From Gammaproteobacteria bacterium (GTDB lineage Bacteria > Pseudomonadota > Gammaproteobacteria > WFUO01): a DNA stretch of 64,000 nt. Below are positions 12,697-22,214 of this stretch, piece after piece. The notes under the pieces were generated by a model. It saw only the letters and a list, made by a program, of their open reading frames with translations. It was not told the origin of the DNA and did no database searches. A program made the position numbers and the translations under genes. Position 1 is the stretch's first letter; each line of letters opens with the position of its first letter. The stretch lies in NCBI GenBank assembly GCA_015484945.1, contig WFUO01000005.1, positions 14,382 to 78,381 on the forward strand, read 5' to 3'.

Positions 12697-13605
12697 ATGA
12701 GCTATCTGGGCGTGTTGCTGGTACTGGCGGCCGGTGCCCTCGGCGTGGTGGCGATCGCCGCGCGAGAGGTTGACCGGTTGCGTGCGCGCATGGTCGAGAC
12801 GCTGCAGGATGGGGTCGATCGTCACATCACGCTGATGGGTTTCGTGCGTGACGGCTGTGTGCTCATCGACCAGCGCCAGCAGCAGCTTTTGGTACTGGAA
12901 CGCGAGCGGCAAGGCATCGAGCGGCACGTGATTCCGTTCAACCGCCTGTTGTCCAGCGAACTGCTGTGTGATGGCGAGGTCGTGGCCCGTTACCGTCACA
13001 GCGACGAGCGGCTTGCCGCCTGCGCCGACCAGGCCCTGGCGGCGGCAGGCGCAAATCCCGCCTGCGAACGCCTGCGGCGTGGGCATGGCGTGCGCCTGGT
13101 CAGTGGCGCGCGCGGGCGGGCGGTGATTTGCCTGCCATTGCCCGACGCGCGCAGCGCGCGTGACTGGCATGCGCGCATGGGGGTGGTCATTCGCCGCAAC
13201 AGTGCCATGACCACCCGGATTCGCATGCCGGAGACACGCCCATACCGGGAACACCGTCAGCAGCCGGCCGCGGCCACACAGGCTGCCACGCCCCCTGTCA
13301 GGCCGCCGGCACCCTCACCGGCACCAGCCCCCGAACCTGCTCCACCACGCAAGGATGACGACGGCGAACTGGCGGCCTTGCGCGAGGCCTTGCTGGCGCG
13401 CCTGCCGGCCTGGCTGGAGCATGGCCGGCGTAGTCATGTGATCGTGCCGGAACCGCAGTTGTGCGAGATGACCGGTCTCGACCTGCCGCTGGACCGCTTT
13501 CATACCCTGATGAACCGGCTGCGCCGGACCCGTGGCCTGCCGGGACACGCGCTGAGCTTCACCCGCAAGCCCGACAAGTGGCGCATCTCACGCCGGCAGC
13601 GTTGA
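12697..13605 (+). CDS. Hypothetical membrane-anchored protein
   Basis: N-terminal TM helix (YLGVLLVLAAGALGVVAIAA). Third-position GC is consistently high in this frame. Has a Pro/Ala-rich linker and a basic C-terminus. No family recognised. Confidence 0.55.
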   Translation: MSYLGVLLVLAAGALGVVAIAAREVDRLRARMVETLQDGVDRHITLMGFVRDGCVLIDQRQQQLLVLERERQGIERHVIPFNRLLSSELLCDGEVVARYRHSDERLAACADQALAAAGANPACERLRRGHGVRLVSGARGRAVICLPLPDARSARDWHARMGVVIRRNSAMTTRIRMPETRPYREHRQQPAAATQAATPPVRPPAPSPAPAPEPAPPRKDDDGELAALREALLARLPAWLEHGRRSHVIVPEPQLCEMTGLDLPLDRFHTLMNRLRRTRGLPGHALSFTRKPDKWRISRRQR

Positions 13606-13769
13606 CAGAATGAAGTCATGTTCAGGACACTGAGACAAACAACAGGTCGGGTTTGGTATCAGCCCAGGCATCGTGCGCGTTTTGTTCCTGTCCTGTCAGA
13701 TCAAGTCTGAACCGGCCTGCTTGCCGGCCGCCGGGGCGGGGTCTATGATCGCGGCATGGAGGTCAGATC

Positions 13770-14468
13770 ATGACAGGTGCACGTTTTCTCATTGCCTTCA
13801 AGGGTGGCATCGTTGAGGGGCACGACCCGGCCAGGGTCCGTGCCGCGCTGGCAAGATTGTTCCGCACCACCGAGGACAGGATCGCGCCGTTGTTCAGCGG
13901 CCGCAAGGTCATTGTCAAGCGTGATCTCGACCTGGCCGAGGCCAGCCGCTATCAGCAGGCCATGCAGGCCGTGGGGGCCGTGGCGTTGATCGAGCCCATG
14001 CCAGGCGAGGCTGCCGTATCCGCGGGCGCCGAACCAACACCGGCGCCACAGGCCGGGCAGGCGGAAGAGGGTATTGGCCTGGCGCCGTCCGGGACGCCGT
14101 TGGTCGAGGATGGCTCGGTGGCGGCGCCGCAGATCGATACCACCGGCCTGGCCATGGCCGCGCCCGGGACGACCATTGATGAGACACCGCCACCGCCGGC
14201 GCCCGATATCGTGGTGCCGGATGTGGATGTCGATCCACCCGGGGTTGTCATCGTCGAGGCAGTACCGGTGCCCGAACCGGATATCGACATCGCCGAACTC
14301 GGCCTCGAGGCGCCCGGCGCGCTGCTCGATGGCCGTCCCTCCGTCGAGGCGCCCGGGATCGACACCTCGGCGCTGAGTGTCGCGCCTCCCGGCGAGACCC
14401 TGGTCGAGCACGAGCCGGTCGAGGCGCCGGACATCGACATCAGCCATTTGCGTATCGAATCGTCCTGA
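13770..14468 (+). CDS. Hypothetical protein with acidic Pro-rich C-terminal repeats
   Basis: The ~75-aa N-terminal domain (FLIAFKGGIVEGHDPARVRAALARLF...) is followed by about four repeats of xP.ID(T/I)..L...APG..L. The GGAGG-like sequence catggaggtcagatcATG precedes the start. Confidence 0.6.
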   Translation: MTGARFLIAFKGGIVEGHDPARVRAALARLFRTTEDRIAPLFSGRKVIVKRDLDLAEASRYQQAMQAVGAVALIEPMPGEAAVSAGAEPTPAPQAGQAEEGIGLAPSGTPLVEDGSVAAPQIDTTGLAMAAPGTTIDETPPPPAPDIVVPDVDVDPPGVVIVEAVPVPEPDIDIAELGLEAPGALLDGRPSVEAPGIDTSALSVAPPGETLVEHEPVEAPDIDISHLRIESS

Positions 14469-14517
14469 TCCGTCGATGCCCTGAAAGCGTTTGTCGTCAC
14501 GGCGCGATTACGGCAAG

Positions 14518-16119
14518 ATGCAGGTTTTGAACCCGGAACCCGCCAGCTTGTACAAGACCCTGGAACAGCGACTGCATCATTTGCGCAAGGGCGATGTCCC
14601 GGCGCTGTTCCGTGGCCGTCTGATCGGCATCGAGCGCGAGTGCCTGCGTGTCAATGCCGAGGGCAAGATCTCTCAGGCGCCGCATCCGCCGGCACTGGGC
14701 TCGGCCCTGACCCATCCGGCCATTACCACCGACTATTCCGAGGCGTTGCTGGAATTCATCACCCCGCCACTGGACAGCATGGACGCCGTGTATCGTTATT
14801 TGATCGACATTGGCCAGTTCGTGCACAGCGAGCTCGGTGACGAGCTGTTGTGGGCCACCAGCATGCCATGCGTGGTCGAGGGCGACGCCAGCATCCCGAT
14901 CGCGGAATACGGCTCGTCGAACATCGGCACCATGAAGACCGTCTATCGCCGGGGGCTGGGTTACCGCTACGGGCGCATGATGCAGGTCATCGCCGGTGTG
15001 CACTACAACTATTCGTTTCCGCGGGCCTTCTGGGAACGGCTGTACGAGCGCGAGGGCGGCGGATCCCTGCAGGACTTCGTCTCGGCCGGCTACTTCGCGC
15101 TGTTGCGCAACTTGAAGCGCCATGACTGGCTGGTGGCCCTGCTGTTCGGCGCCTCGCCGGCGGTGTGCAAGAGCTTCCTCGGTGCCCAGCCGGGGGTGCT
15201 GCCGGCCTTCAACGAGAACACCCATTACCTGCCCTGGGGTACGTCATTGCGCCTCAGCGACATCGGCTACCAGAACAGCCGTGAAAAGGAGAGCGGCATC
15301 AAGGCCGACTACAGCAGCCTCGAGGCCTATACGGCCAGTCTCGAGTACGCGATCACCACCCCGTATCCCGAGTACGAGAAGATTGGCGTCAAGGTGGATG
15401 GCGAATACCGCCAGCTCAATGCCAATATCCTGCAGATCGAGAACGAATACTACAGCAGCACCCGCCCCAAGCAGTTGTGCGAGGACATGGAGAAGCCGAT
15501 CACCGCCTTGCGCCGGCGCGGGGTGCGTTATGTCGAACTGCGTTCGCTGGATGTCAATCCCTTCGATCCGGCCGGTATCAGCCTCGAGCAGATGTTGTTT
15601 CTCGAGACCCTCATCGTATATGCGGCCCTGCTGCCCAGTCCGCCGTTCGACAGCAACGAACGGCGCGAGGTTGACGGCAACATGATGCTGGCCGCCACGC
15701 GCGGGCGCGAGCCGGGTCTGACGCTGTCGTTCGGCGGCGAGCAGGTGTCGCTGCGACAGCGCGCCATCGGGGTGTTCGACCGCCTGCATGACTGTTGCGA
15801 ACTGCTGGTAGAGGCGACCGGTGATGCGCGCTACCGTGACGCGCTGGCGCGGATGCGCGAGGTGGTGAACGACCCCGCCCTGTCGCTGTCCGCGCGCATG
15901 CTGGACGAGATGCGCAGCCGTGGACAGGGCTTTTTCGACTACAGTCAGGCCATCTCGGCCGAACAGCGCGCCTTCTACACGGGTCTGCCGCCGAGGCCGG
16001 AAATGATGCAAAAGATGCGTGAGATGGCGCGGGAATCGGTGCGTCAGCAGCAGGAGATCGAGGCCGGCGACAGTCTGTCGTTCGATGATTATCTGGCCGC
16101 CTACATGGCTGGCGGTTGA
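14518..16119 (+). CDS. gshA: Glutamate--cysteine ligase (proteobacterial GshA type)
   Basis: RGRLIGIERECLRV...HPAITTDYSEALLEFITPP... and a length of ~530 aa. ATG 14518 chosen over the TTG at 14491. Confidence 0.92.
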   Translation: MQVLNPEPASLYKTLEQRLHHLRKGDVPALFRGRLIGIERECLRVNAEGKISQAPHPPALGSALTHPAITTDYSEALLEFITPPLDSMDAVYRYLIDIGQFVHSELGDELLWATSMPCVVEGDASIPIAEYGSSNIGTMKTVYRRGLGYRYGRMMQVIAGVHYNYSFPRAFWERLYEREGGGSLQDFVSAGYFALLRNLKRHDWLVALLFGASPAVCKSFLGAQPGVLPAFNENTHYLPWGTSLRLSDIGYQNSREKESGIKADYSSLEAYTASLEYAITTPYPEYEKIGVKVDGEYRQLNANILQIENEYYSSTRPKQLCEDMEKPITALRRRGVRYVELRSLDVNPFDPAGISLEQMLFLETLIVYAALLPSPPFDSNERREVDGNMMLAATRGREPGLTLSFGGEQVSLRQRAIGVFDRLHDCCELLVEATGDARYRDALARMREVVNDPALSLSARMLDEMRSRGQGFFDYSQAISAEQRAFYTGLPPRPEMMQKMREMARESVRQQQEIEAGDSLSFDDYLAAYMAGG

Positions 16120-16212
16120 GTAAGGTTTACTCGGGGCCGGTCCTGATGCAGTATTCCTTTTGGGGGTGACGGCGCCTGGCGCCACAGACACGACAAGACG
16201 GTACAGGCAGAC

Positions 16213-17322
16213 ATGACCGCGAACCGCGACCAGACAACGGGAAAGGAACGCCGCGCCGTCGAACGGCGTTCGGGGGAGGACCGGCGCCGGCCACAGGCCA
16301 CCAGCGCCTGGCAGGGCGCGGCCTGGTCCGACCAGCGTATCCAGTTCATCACACGTTACCTGTTCGGCGCCCTGACCTGGGTGTACATGAACCATGTGCA
16401 CACCTTCAGGCCCGACTGGATGTCGTTGACCCAGATGAACCTGCTGATCGTCAGCTATTTCGTTTGGGTTACTCTGGTGCTGCTGCATGCGCGCCGGCAT
16501 GAATACTCGCCCACGCGTTTCCGTATCGCCATGTGGGTGGACGTGCTGTATGTATCCGTCCTGGTGCTCAACGATCCCTACAGCGTGCCGCTGATGTCGA
16601 TGATCTATATCATCATCGTGCTTGGCAACGGCATGCGTTACGGCATGCAGAGCTTCACCGAATCGCTGATCGCCTGTTTTCTCGGCGCCATGATCACCCT
16701 GACCTTGCGTTATGCCGGTTCGCTCAACGGCATGAGCGGCGGCGTGATCTTCATGAACGTGTTCGGCGGCATCATCCTGATCTATGCCTACATCCTCATG
16801 TACCGGGTCGATAGCGCGCGCCGCGAGCAGGAGCGCAACAGCGTCCTGGATCCGCTCACCGGTCTGCTCAACCGTGGCGGTTTCATGGACAAGGCCGCGC
16901 AGATGATGGAGTTCGTGCGTGACAACCCGCACCGCTGCACGCTGATGTTCTGCGACATGGACAAGTTCAAGCAGATCAACGACAGCGCCGGTCATGCCGA
17001 GGGCGACCGGGTGCTGAAGGCGGTGGCCGGCATCATCCGCGAAAACATCCGCCAGGTGGATCTGGCCGGGCGCTATGGTGGCGACGAGTTCGTCATCATC
17101 CTCGATGGTACCGGCATCGACGACGCCGAACACATCGCCCTGCGTATCCAGCAGGGTGTGCGGCGTTGGGCGCAGGAAAATGGTCTCGACGTGAGTATCA
17201 CGATCGGTATTGGCGAGGCCATGACCCATGGCGACAGCCTCCAGGCCCTGCTCGACAGCGTGGACAAGGCCCTGTACCGGTCCAAGCAGACGCATGGCGC
17301 CGGTGGGCTGTGCCGCGCCTGA
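16213..17322 (+). CDS. Membrane-bound diguanylate cyclase (multi-TM N-terminus + GGDEF)
   Basis: Five or so TM helices, then DPLTGLLNRGGF...DMDKFKQINDSAGHAEGD...RQVDLAGRYGGDEF. Carries a GGDEF active site with an RxxD I-site. Confidence 0.88.
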   Translation: MTANRDQTTGKERRAVERRSGEDRRRPQATSAWQGAAWSDQRIQFITRYLFGALTWVYMNHVHTFRPDWMSLTQMNLLIVSYFVWVTLVLLHARRHEYSPTRFRIAMWVDVLYVSVLVLNDPYSVPLMSMIYIIIVLGNGMRYGMQSFTESLIACFLGAMITLTLRYAGSLNGMSGGVIFMNVFGGIILIYAYILMYRVDSARREQERNSVLDPLTGLLNRGGFMDKAAQMMEFVRDNPHRCTLMFCDMDKFKQINDSAGHAEGDRVLKAVAGIIRENIRQVDLAGRYGGDEFVIILDGTGIDDAEHIALRIQQGVRRWAQENGLDVSITIGIGEAMTHGDSLQALLDSVDKALYRSKQTHGAGGLCRA

Positions 17323-17342
17323 AGCGATAGCGGAGAACGTCC

Positions 17343-19019
17343 ATGAGAAATCTGTTGTTCCTGTTGCTGCTGCTGGCCAGTCCGGCGGCCATGCCGATGT
17401 CGTCGAAGGGCGCACGGCCACCCGCCGCGGCGATCGCCAGCGCTCACCCGCTGGCCACACAGGCCGGCTTCGAAATCCTTGCCGCTGGTGGTAATGCCTT
17501 CGATGCGGCCGTCGCCGTCACCGCCGTGCTGGGCGTGGTCGAGCCCTACAGTTCGGGGCTTGGTGGCGGCGGTTTCTGGCTGTTGTACCGGGCCAGTGAC
17601 GGCAGGCGGGTGATGATCGACGGGCGAGAGCGCGCACCCCTGAAGGCGCACCGCGACATGTATCTGGACGGCAAGGGCAAGCCGGTGCCAGGGTTGTCGA
17701 TCAATGGCCCGCTGGCGGCCGGCATACCGGGCGAACCGGCCGCGCTCGTGCACCTGGCCAGACACTATGGCAGGCTGCCGCTGAAGCGCACACTGGCGCC
17801 GGCGATCAGGATCGCCAGGCGCGGCTTCCGGGTCGATGCGCATTACCGGCGCATGGCGCGTTTTCGCATCCGGGCCCTGCGCCGTTCGTCCGAGGCGGCC
17901 CGCATCCTGTTGATGAAGGGCGACGTGCCGCCCATTGGCTACATAATTCGCCAGCCGGAGCTGGCCAACACACTCGAGGCCCTGGCCAGACGCGGTCATG
18001 CCGGTTTCTATGCCGGGCCGGTGGCAAGGGCGCTGGTGCGCGGGGTGCGCAAGGCCGGCGGCATCTGGACGCTCGAGGATCTGGCAGGCTACCGGGTCGT
18101 CGAACGGCGCCCGGTCATCGGTCATTACCGTGGCATGACCATCGTTTCGGCCGCGCCGCCATCGTCGGGCGGTATCGTGCTGGTCATGATGCTCAACATC
18201 CTGTCCAGCTTCGATGCCATCGATCTGATCCGGCCACGGCACGTGCACCTGGTCGTCGAGGCCATGCGCCGGGCCTATTACGACCGGGCCCGCTATCTCG
18301 GCGATCCGGATTTCGTCCGCATCCCGGTCGAACGCCTGTTGTCGCAGGCCCATGCCCGGCAATGGCGTGCGGGTATTCGCATGGACCGGGCCACACCGAG
18401 CAGCAGCCTGCCGCCAATTACGACCGGCCAGCCTGGCGGAAGGGATACCACCCACTTCTCGATCATCGATCGTGAAGGCAACCGGGTTGCCGCCACGCTC
18501 AGCATCAATTATCCGTTCGGTTCCGCTTTCATGCCGCCCGGCACCGGGGTGCTGCTCAACGACGAGATGGACGATTTCTCGATCAAGCCCGGCACCCCCA
18601 ACGTCTATGGCCTGGTCGGCAACGATGCCAATGCCATCGCGCCCGGCAAGCGTCCCCTGTCGAGCATGTCACCCACCTTTGTCGAAAGCCGCGATGCTGT
18701 CATGCTGATCGGAACGCCAGGGGGCAGCCGCATCATCAGCATGGTGCTGCTGGGCATTCTCGGTCATTCGAACGGCCTGACGGCAGGCGAGATCGTCACC
18801 ATGCCGCGTTTTCATCACCAGTATCTGCCGGATCTGATTCAGTTCGAGCCCGGGGCGCTGAGCCAAAAGCAGCAGGCGGGGCTGCGCCGGATGGGGCATC
18901 GTCTGCAGGCGCTCAAATCACGTTACGGCAACATGCAGGTCATTGTCTGGGACAAGCGCCGCGGCCGTGTCAGCGCCGCCAGCGACCCGCGCGGCATCGG
19001 CCGTGCCAGGGTAAGATGA
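17343..19019 (+). CDS. ggt: Gamma-glutamyltranspeptidase
   Basis: Signal peptide; nucleophile motif DTTHFSIIDREGN; PGGSRII and SSMSPT motifs. Confidence 0.93.
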   Translation: MRNLLFLLLLLASPAAMPMSSKGARPPAAAIASAHPLATQAGFEILAAGGNAFDAAVAVTAVLGVVEPYSSGLGGGGFWLLYRASDGRRVMIDGRERAPLKAHRDMYLDGKGKPVPGLSINGPLAAGIPGEPAALVHLARHYGRLPLKRTLAPAIRIARRGFRVDAHYRRMARFRIRALRRSSEAARILLMKGDVPPIGYIIRQPELANTLEALARRGHAGFYAGPVARALVRGVRKAGGIWTLEDLAGYRVVERRPVIGHYRGMTIVSAAPPSSGGIVLVMMLNILSSFDAIDLIRPRHVHLVVEAMRRAYYDRARYLGDPDFVRIPVERLLSQAHARQWRAGIRMDRATPSSSLPPITTGQPGGRDTTHFSIIDREGNRVAATLSINYPFGSAFMPPGTGVLLNDEMDDFSIKPGTPNVYGLVGNDANAIAPGKRPLSSMSPTFVESRDAVMLIGTPGGSRIISMVLLGILGHSNGLTAGEIVTMPRFHHQYLPDLIQFEPGALSQKQQAGLRRMGHRLQALKSRYGNMQVIVWDKRRGRVSAASDPRGIGRARVR

Positions 19020-19087
19020 TCATAATGGCAAGGGTCCATATCGCATCGGTGCTGCCATCTTCCGTGTGCGCGCAAACAGGATGAGGC

Positions 19088-20389
19088 ATGTATAAATCGG
19101 GCAGCAAGCCGGTTGGATTCTGGTCGGCAGTGTCACTGGGCATTGGCTCGATGATCGGGGCGGGCATCTTTGCGTTGCTGGGTGAGGCAGGCACGCTGGC
19201 CGGCAACGCCGTTTACCTGTCCTTCCTTGCGGGGGGCGTGATCGCCCTGTTCAGCGGCTATTCACTCGGTCGCCTGGGGGCCCGTTATCCATCTTCCGGC
19301 GGTATCGTCGAGTACCTGACCCAAAGTTACGGTATTGGAACATTCACTGGCGGCATGAGCGTGATGATGTATATCGCCGCGCTTGTCGCCCTGTCGATGA
19401 TCGCCAAGACCTTCGGAAATTATGCCGCCTCGATGCTGCCGGACGGAAGCAGCCCGTACTGGCCGGGTGTCTTCGCGGTATCGGTGGTGGTGCTGTTCGT
19501 GCTCGTCAATCTGCGCGGGGCGAGGGATATCGCCGTCTGGGAACGCATGACGGTGGGCATAAAGTTCACCGCGCTGATCGTGCTGGCCGTCACCGGCATC
19601 TGGCATGTTCGGCCCGAATTGCTTGCGGCCAGCCGGCATCCACCGGTCAGCGATATCTTTTACAGTCTGGCGATCACGTTTTTTGCCTACGAGGGGTTTC
19701 GGGTCATCACCAACGCGGCGGAAGACATGCCCAATCCGGCGAAGACATTGCCGCGGGCGATGATGACCGCGATCCTGCTCGTGGCCGTGCTGTATGTCGC
19801 GGTGGCGATCGCCGTTTATGGCAACCTGCCCGCTGACCAGGTCATCAAGGCGAAGGACTATGCGCTGGCCGAGGCGGCGCGTCCGGTATTCGGGAATGTC
19901 GGGTTTGTCATCGTGGCCGTGGTGGCGGTGATTTCCACAGCCTCATCCATCAATGCCAATCTCTATGCGGTGACGAATGTCAGTTACCAGCTCGCCCGCT
20001 ATGGCGAGCTGCCGGGTGAATTCGGCAAACCCGTCGGGCACAGCCGGGAAGGTCTGCTGATCAGCGGCATGTTCGTCATCGTGCTGTCATTGTTCTTCGA
20101 TCTGACCGAGATCGCGGTGCTGGGCTCGTTGTCGATCCTGTTCGTTCACACCATGACCCATATCGGGCACTATCGCATCATTCACGAAACAGGCGCATCG
20201 CGCCCGCTGGTGATACTGGCGATCCTGAGCAGCGGCGCCGCGATGCTGTTGTCCGTCTATCATCAGGCCAGCCATGCGCCAGGACTGGTGCTGATGCTGA
20301 TCGGGTTCATGGCGGCCGGTTTCGTTACCGAAGTGGTTCTGGCGAAAGTGACGGGCAAGACGCTGAAAAACCGCACGCCCGAAGCCTGA
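19088..20389 (+). CDS. APC superfamily amino-acid permease
   Basis: 433 aa with about 12 TM helices. N-terminal GIGSMIGAGIFALLGEA motif is typical of APC transporters. Confidence 0.8.
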   Translation: MYKSGSKPVGFWSAVSLGIGSMIGAGIFALLGEAGTLAGNAVYLSFLAGGVIALFSGYSLGRLGARYPSSGGIVEYLTQSYGIGTFTGGMSVMMYIAALVALSMIAKTFGNYAASMLPDGSSPYWPGVFAVSVVVLFVLVNLRGARDIAVWERMTVGIKFTALIVLAVTGIWHVRPELLAASRHPPVSDIFYSLAITFFAYEGFRVITNAAEDMPNPAKTLPRAMMTAILLVAVLYVAVAIAVYGNLPADQVIKAKDYALAEAARPVFGNVGFVIVAVVAVISTASSINANLYAVTNVSYQLARYGELPGEFGKPVGHSREGLLISGMFVIVLSLFFDLTEIAVLGSLSILFVHTMTHIGHYRIIHETGASRPLVILAILSSGAAMLLSVYHQASHAPGLVLMLIGFMAAGFVTEVVLAKVTGKTLKNRTPEA

Positions 20390-20397
20390 CAGATGGT

Positions 20398-20748
20398 TCA
20401 GATGTAGTGGATGGCGCGCTTGATGCCCAGCTTGCGGCTGCGCGCCTGCTGGGTGATGATGCCGCGGATGCGGTACTCGCCCTCGAGCTTGATCTCCGGA
20501 TACTTGTCATTGAGCGGTACCAGGTAGTGATCCTCGCCCCGTACGACGAACTGGCGGAAGATGGTCTCGCCGTTGTAATCCGCCACCACGTAGCAGTTCT
20601 GGTGCAGCGGGACGCTGGGATCGACGATGATGACCGCGCCGTCACGGAACTCCGGTTCCATGCTGTCGCCCAGCACCATGAGCGCGAAAGGCGCGTTGCG
20701 TTCGCAGGCGCTGCCGCTGTTGTCCTGCTGTTCGTAGATCGGATCCAT
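20398..20748 (-). CDS. Stand-alone S24 (LexA/UmuD-like) peptidase domain protein
   Basis: LMVLGDSMEPEFRDGAVIIVDP...GETIFRQFVV aligns to the LexA C-terminal domain (GMSM...EVTVKRL). No HTH is present. Start uncertain (ATG 20748 or 20814). Confidence 0.7.
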   Translation of the reverse strand: MDPIYEQQDNSGSACERNAPFALMVLGDSMEPEFRDGAVIIVDPSVPLHQNCYVVADYNGETIFRQFVVRGEDHYLVPLNDKYPEIKLEGEYRIRGIITQQARSRKLGIKRAIHYI

Positions 20749-20894
20749 GCCATCGCCCTGTGTTTCCGGGAAGGTCCGGCATTTTAACCGACTGCTCAAA
20801 TCGTGTACAGGCATGCTCCGGCACCGTTCTCCGCGTTGTTCCGGTTTGATCCCGGTCAACCCCACCTGGGCATCGGCTTGGTGCGCCGCGCAGC

Positions 20895-22103
20895 TTGATG
20901 TATCTTGAGTGTATGTCGCTGCAATCGATCAATGAGCCCGCCGCGCCATCGCGCCTGGCACTATGGCAACTCGGTTTTCGTCCGTTCTTTCTCGCCGCCG
21001 GTCTGTTCGGCGTGATCTCGGTGGCGGTATGGATGGCGCTGTACCTGTTCGGGCGCACGCCGCCGGTGACCGCCGGTGCGCTGGGCTGGCATGCGCACGA
21101 GATGATCTATGGTTACGCAATGGCGGTGGTGGCCGGTTTCCTGCTCACCGCGGTACGCAACTGGACCGGCCGGCCGACCGTGACCGGCTGGCCGCTGATG
21201 TTGCTGGCGCTGGCCTGGCTGGCAGCGCGGATACTGGCCTTTGGCGGACCGTTGTGGCTGATGGCCGCGGCCGACCTGCTGTTCCAGGCCGGGGTGCTGG
21301 TGGCCATCGTCCGGCCGGTGGTGGCGGTGCGCCAGTGGACCCAGGCCGGCATTCTGTCCAAGGTGCTGTTGCTGCTCGTATTCAACGCCGTGTTCTATCT
21401 CGGCGCGGGCGGCTGGCTGGCGGACGGGGTTCGCTGGGGCATCTACTCGGGTCTGTATCTGCTGATCGCGCTGATCCTGGTCATGGGCCGGCGCGTGATT
21501 CCGTTTTTCATCGAACGTGGCATCGGCGGTAACGTCACGGTGCGCAACGACAGCCGTGTGGACATCGCCGGGATCGCGTTGTTCGTGATCTACTGGCTGA
21601 TGGATCTGCTGTATCCAAAGGGCTGGCCGATGGCGCTGGTGGCCGCTGCGCTGTTCGCGCTGCATCTGCTGCGGCTGGTCTGGTGGCACAAGTCCGGCAT
21701 CTGGTCGCGCCCGCTGCTGTGGGTGCTGTGGCTGGCCTATGCGTGGATCGTGGCCGGTTTCGGCCTGCGCGCCGTGGCCGCCGTGGCTGGCATTAACCCG
21801 TTACTGGCCTTGCATGCGCTGTCGTATGGCGGGTTGGGGATGATGACACTGGGCATGATGGCGCGTGTCTCGCTCGGTCACACCGGGCGCAACATCCACG
21901 AGGGCTCGCGCTGGCTGGGTCCGATGTTCGGCCTGCTGTTCGCTGGCGCCGTGGCGCGGGTGTTGTTGCCGATCGTCATGCCAGAACACTACCGGCTCCT
22001 GATCGGGGTCTCGCAGGGGTTGTGGATGGCGGCGTTTGCGCTGTTCGTGATCCTCTACGCGCCGATGCTGCTGCGTCCGCGCATCGACGGCCAGCCAGGC
22101 TGA
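20895..22103 (+). CDS. nnrS: NnrS family heme/copper membrane protein
   Basis: LWQLGFRPFFLAAGLFGV...GWHAHEMIYGY with ~12 TM helices. Start ambiguous (TTG 20895, ATG 20898 or ATG 20913). Confidence 0.85.
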   Translation: MMYLECMSLQSINEPAAPSRLALWQLGFRPFFLAAGLFGVISVAVWMALYLFGRTPPVTAGALGWHAHEMIYGYAMAVVAGFLLTAVRNWTGRPTVTGWPLMLLALAWLAARILAFGGPLWLMAAADLLFQAGVLVAIVRPVVAVRQWTQAGILSKVLLLLVFNAVFYLGAGGWLADGVRWGIYSGLYLLIALILVMGRRVIPFFIERGIGGNVTVRNDSRVDIAGIALFVIYWLMDLLYPKGWPMALVAAALFALHLLRLVWWHKSGIWSRPLLWVLWLAYAWIVAGFGLRAVAAVAGINPLLALHALSYGGLGMMTLGMMARVSLGHTGRNIHEGSRWLGPMFGLLFAGAVARVLLPIVMPEHYRLLIGVSQGLWMAAFALFVILYAPMLLRPRIDGQPG

Positions 22104-22214
22104 TACAGGATATAAAGATATCAAGCGACAAAGTGGTCAGCCGTCAGGTTGCCCCGGTACACGCCATGGCTTTTGTCTTGTATCTTGCCTCCTGGATCTT
22201 TTCTCTGGTTCGTA

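Noticed and set aside
12445-13254. 269-aa minus-strand ORF overlapping the NUDIX gene end and the 12697-13605 ORF
   Set aside because: It overlaps the well-supported NUDIX gene in another frame and has implausible composition. The plus-strand ORF has a TM helix and better codon bias.
15244-17460. 738-aa minus-strand ORF (and the 460-aa ORF at 17073-18455)
   Set aside because: Both are antisense to gshA, the GGDEF gene and ggt, all of which have diagnostic motifs. They have no recognisable domains and are GC-rich shadow frames.
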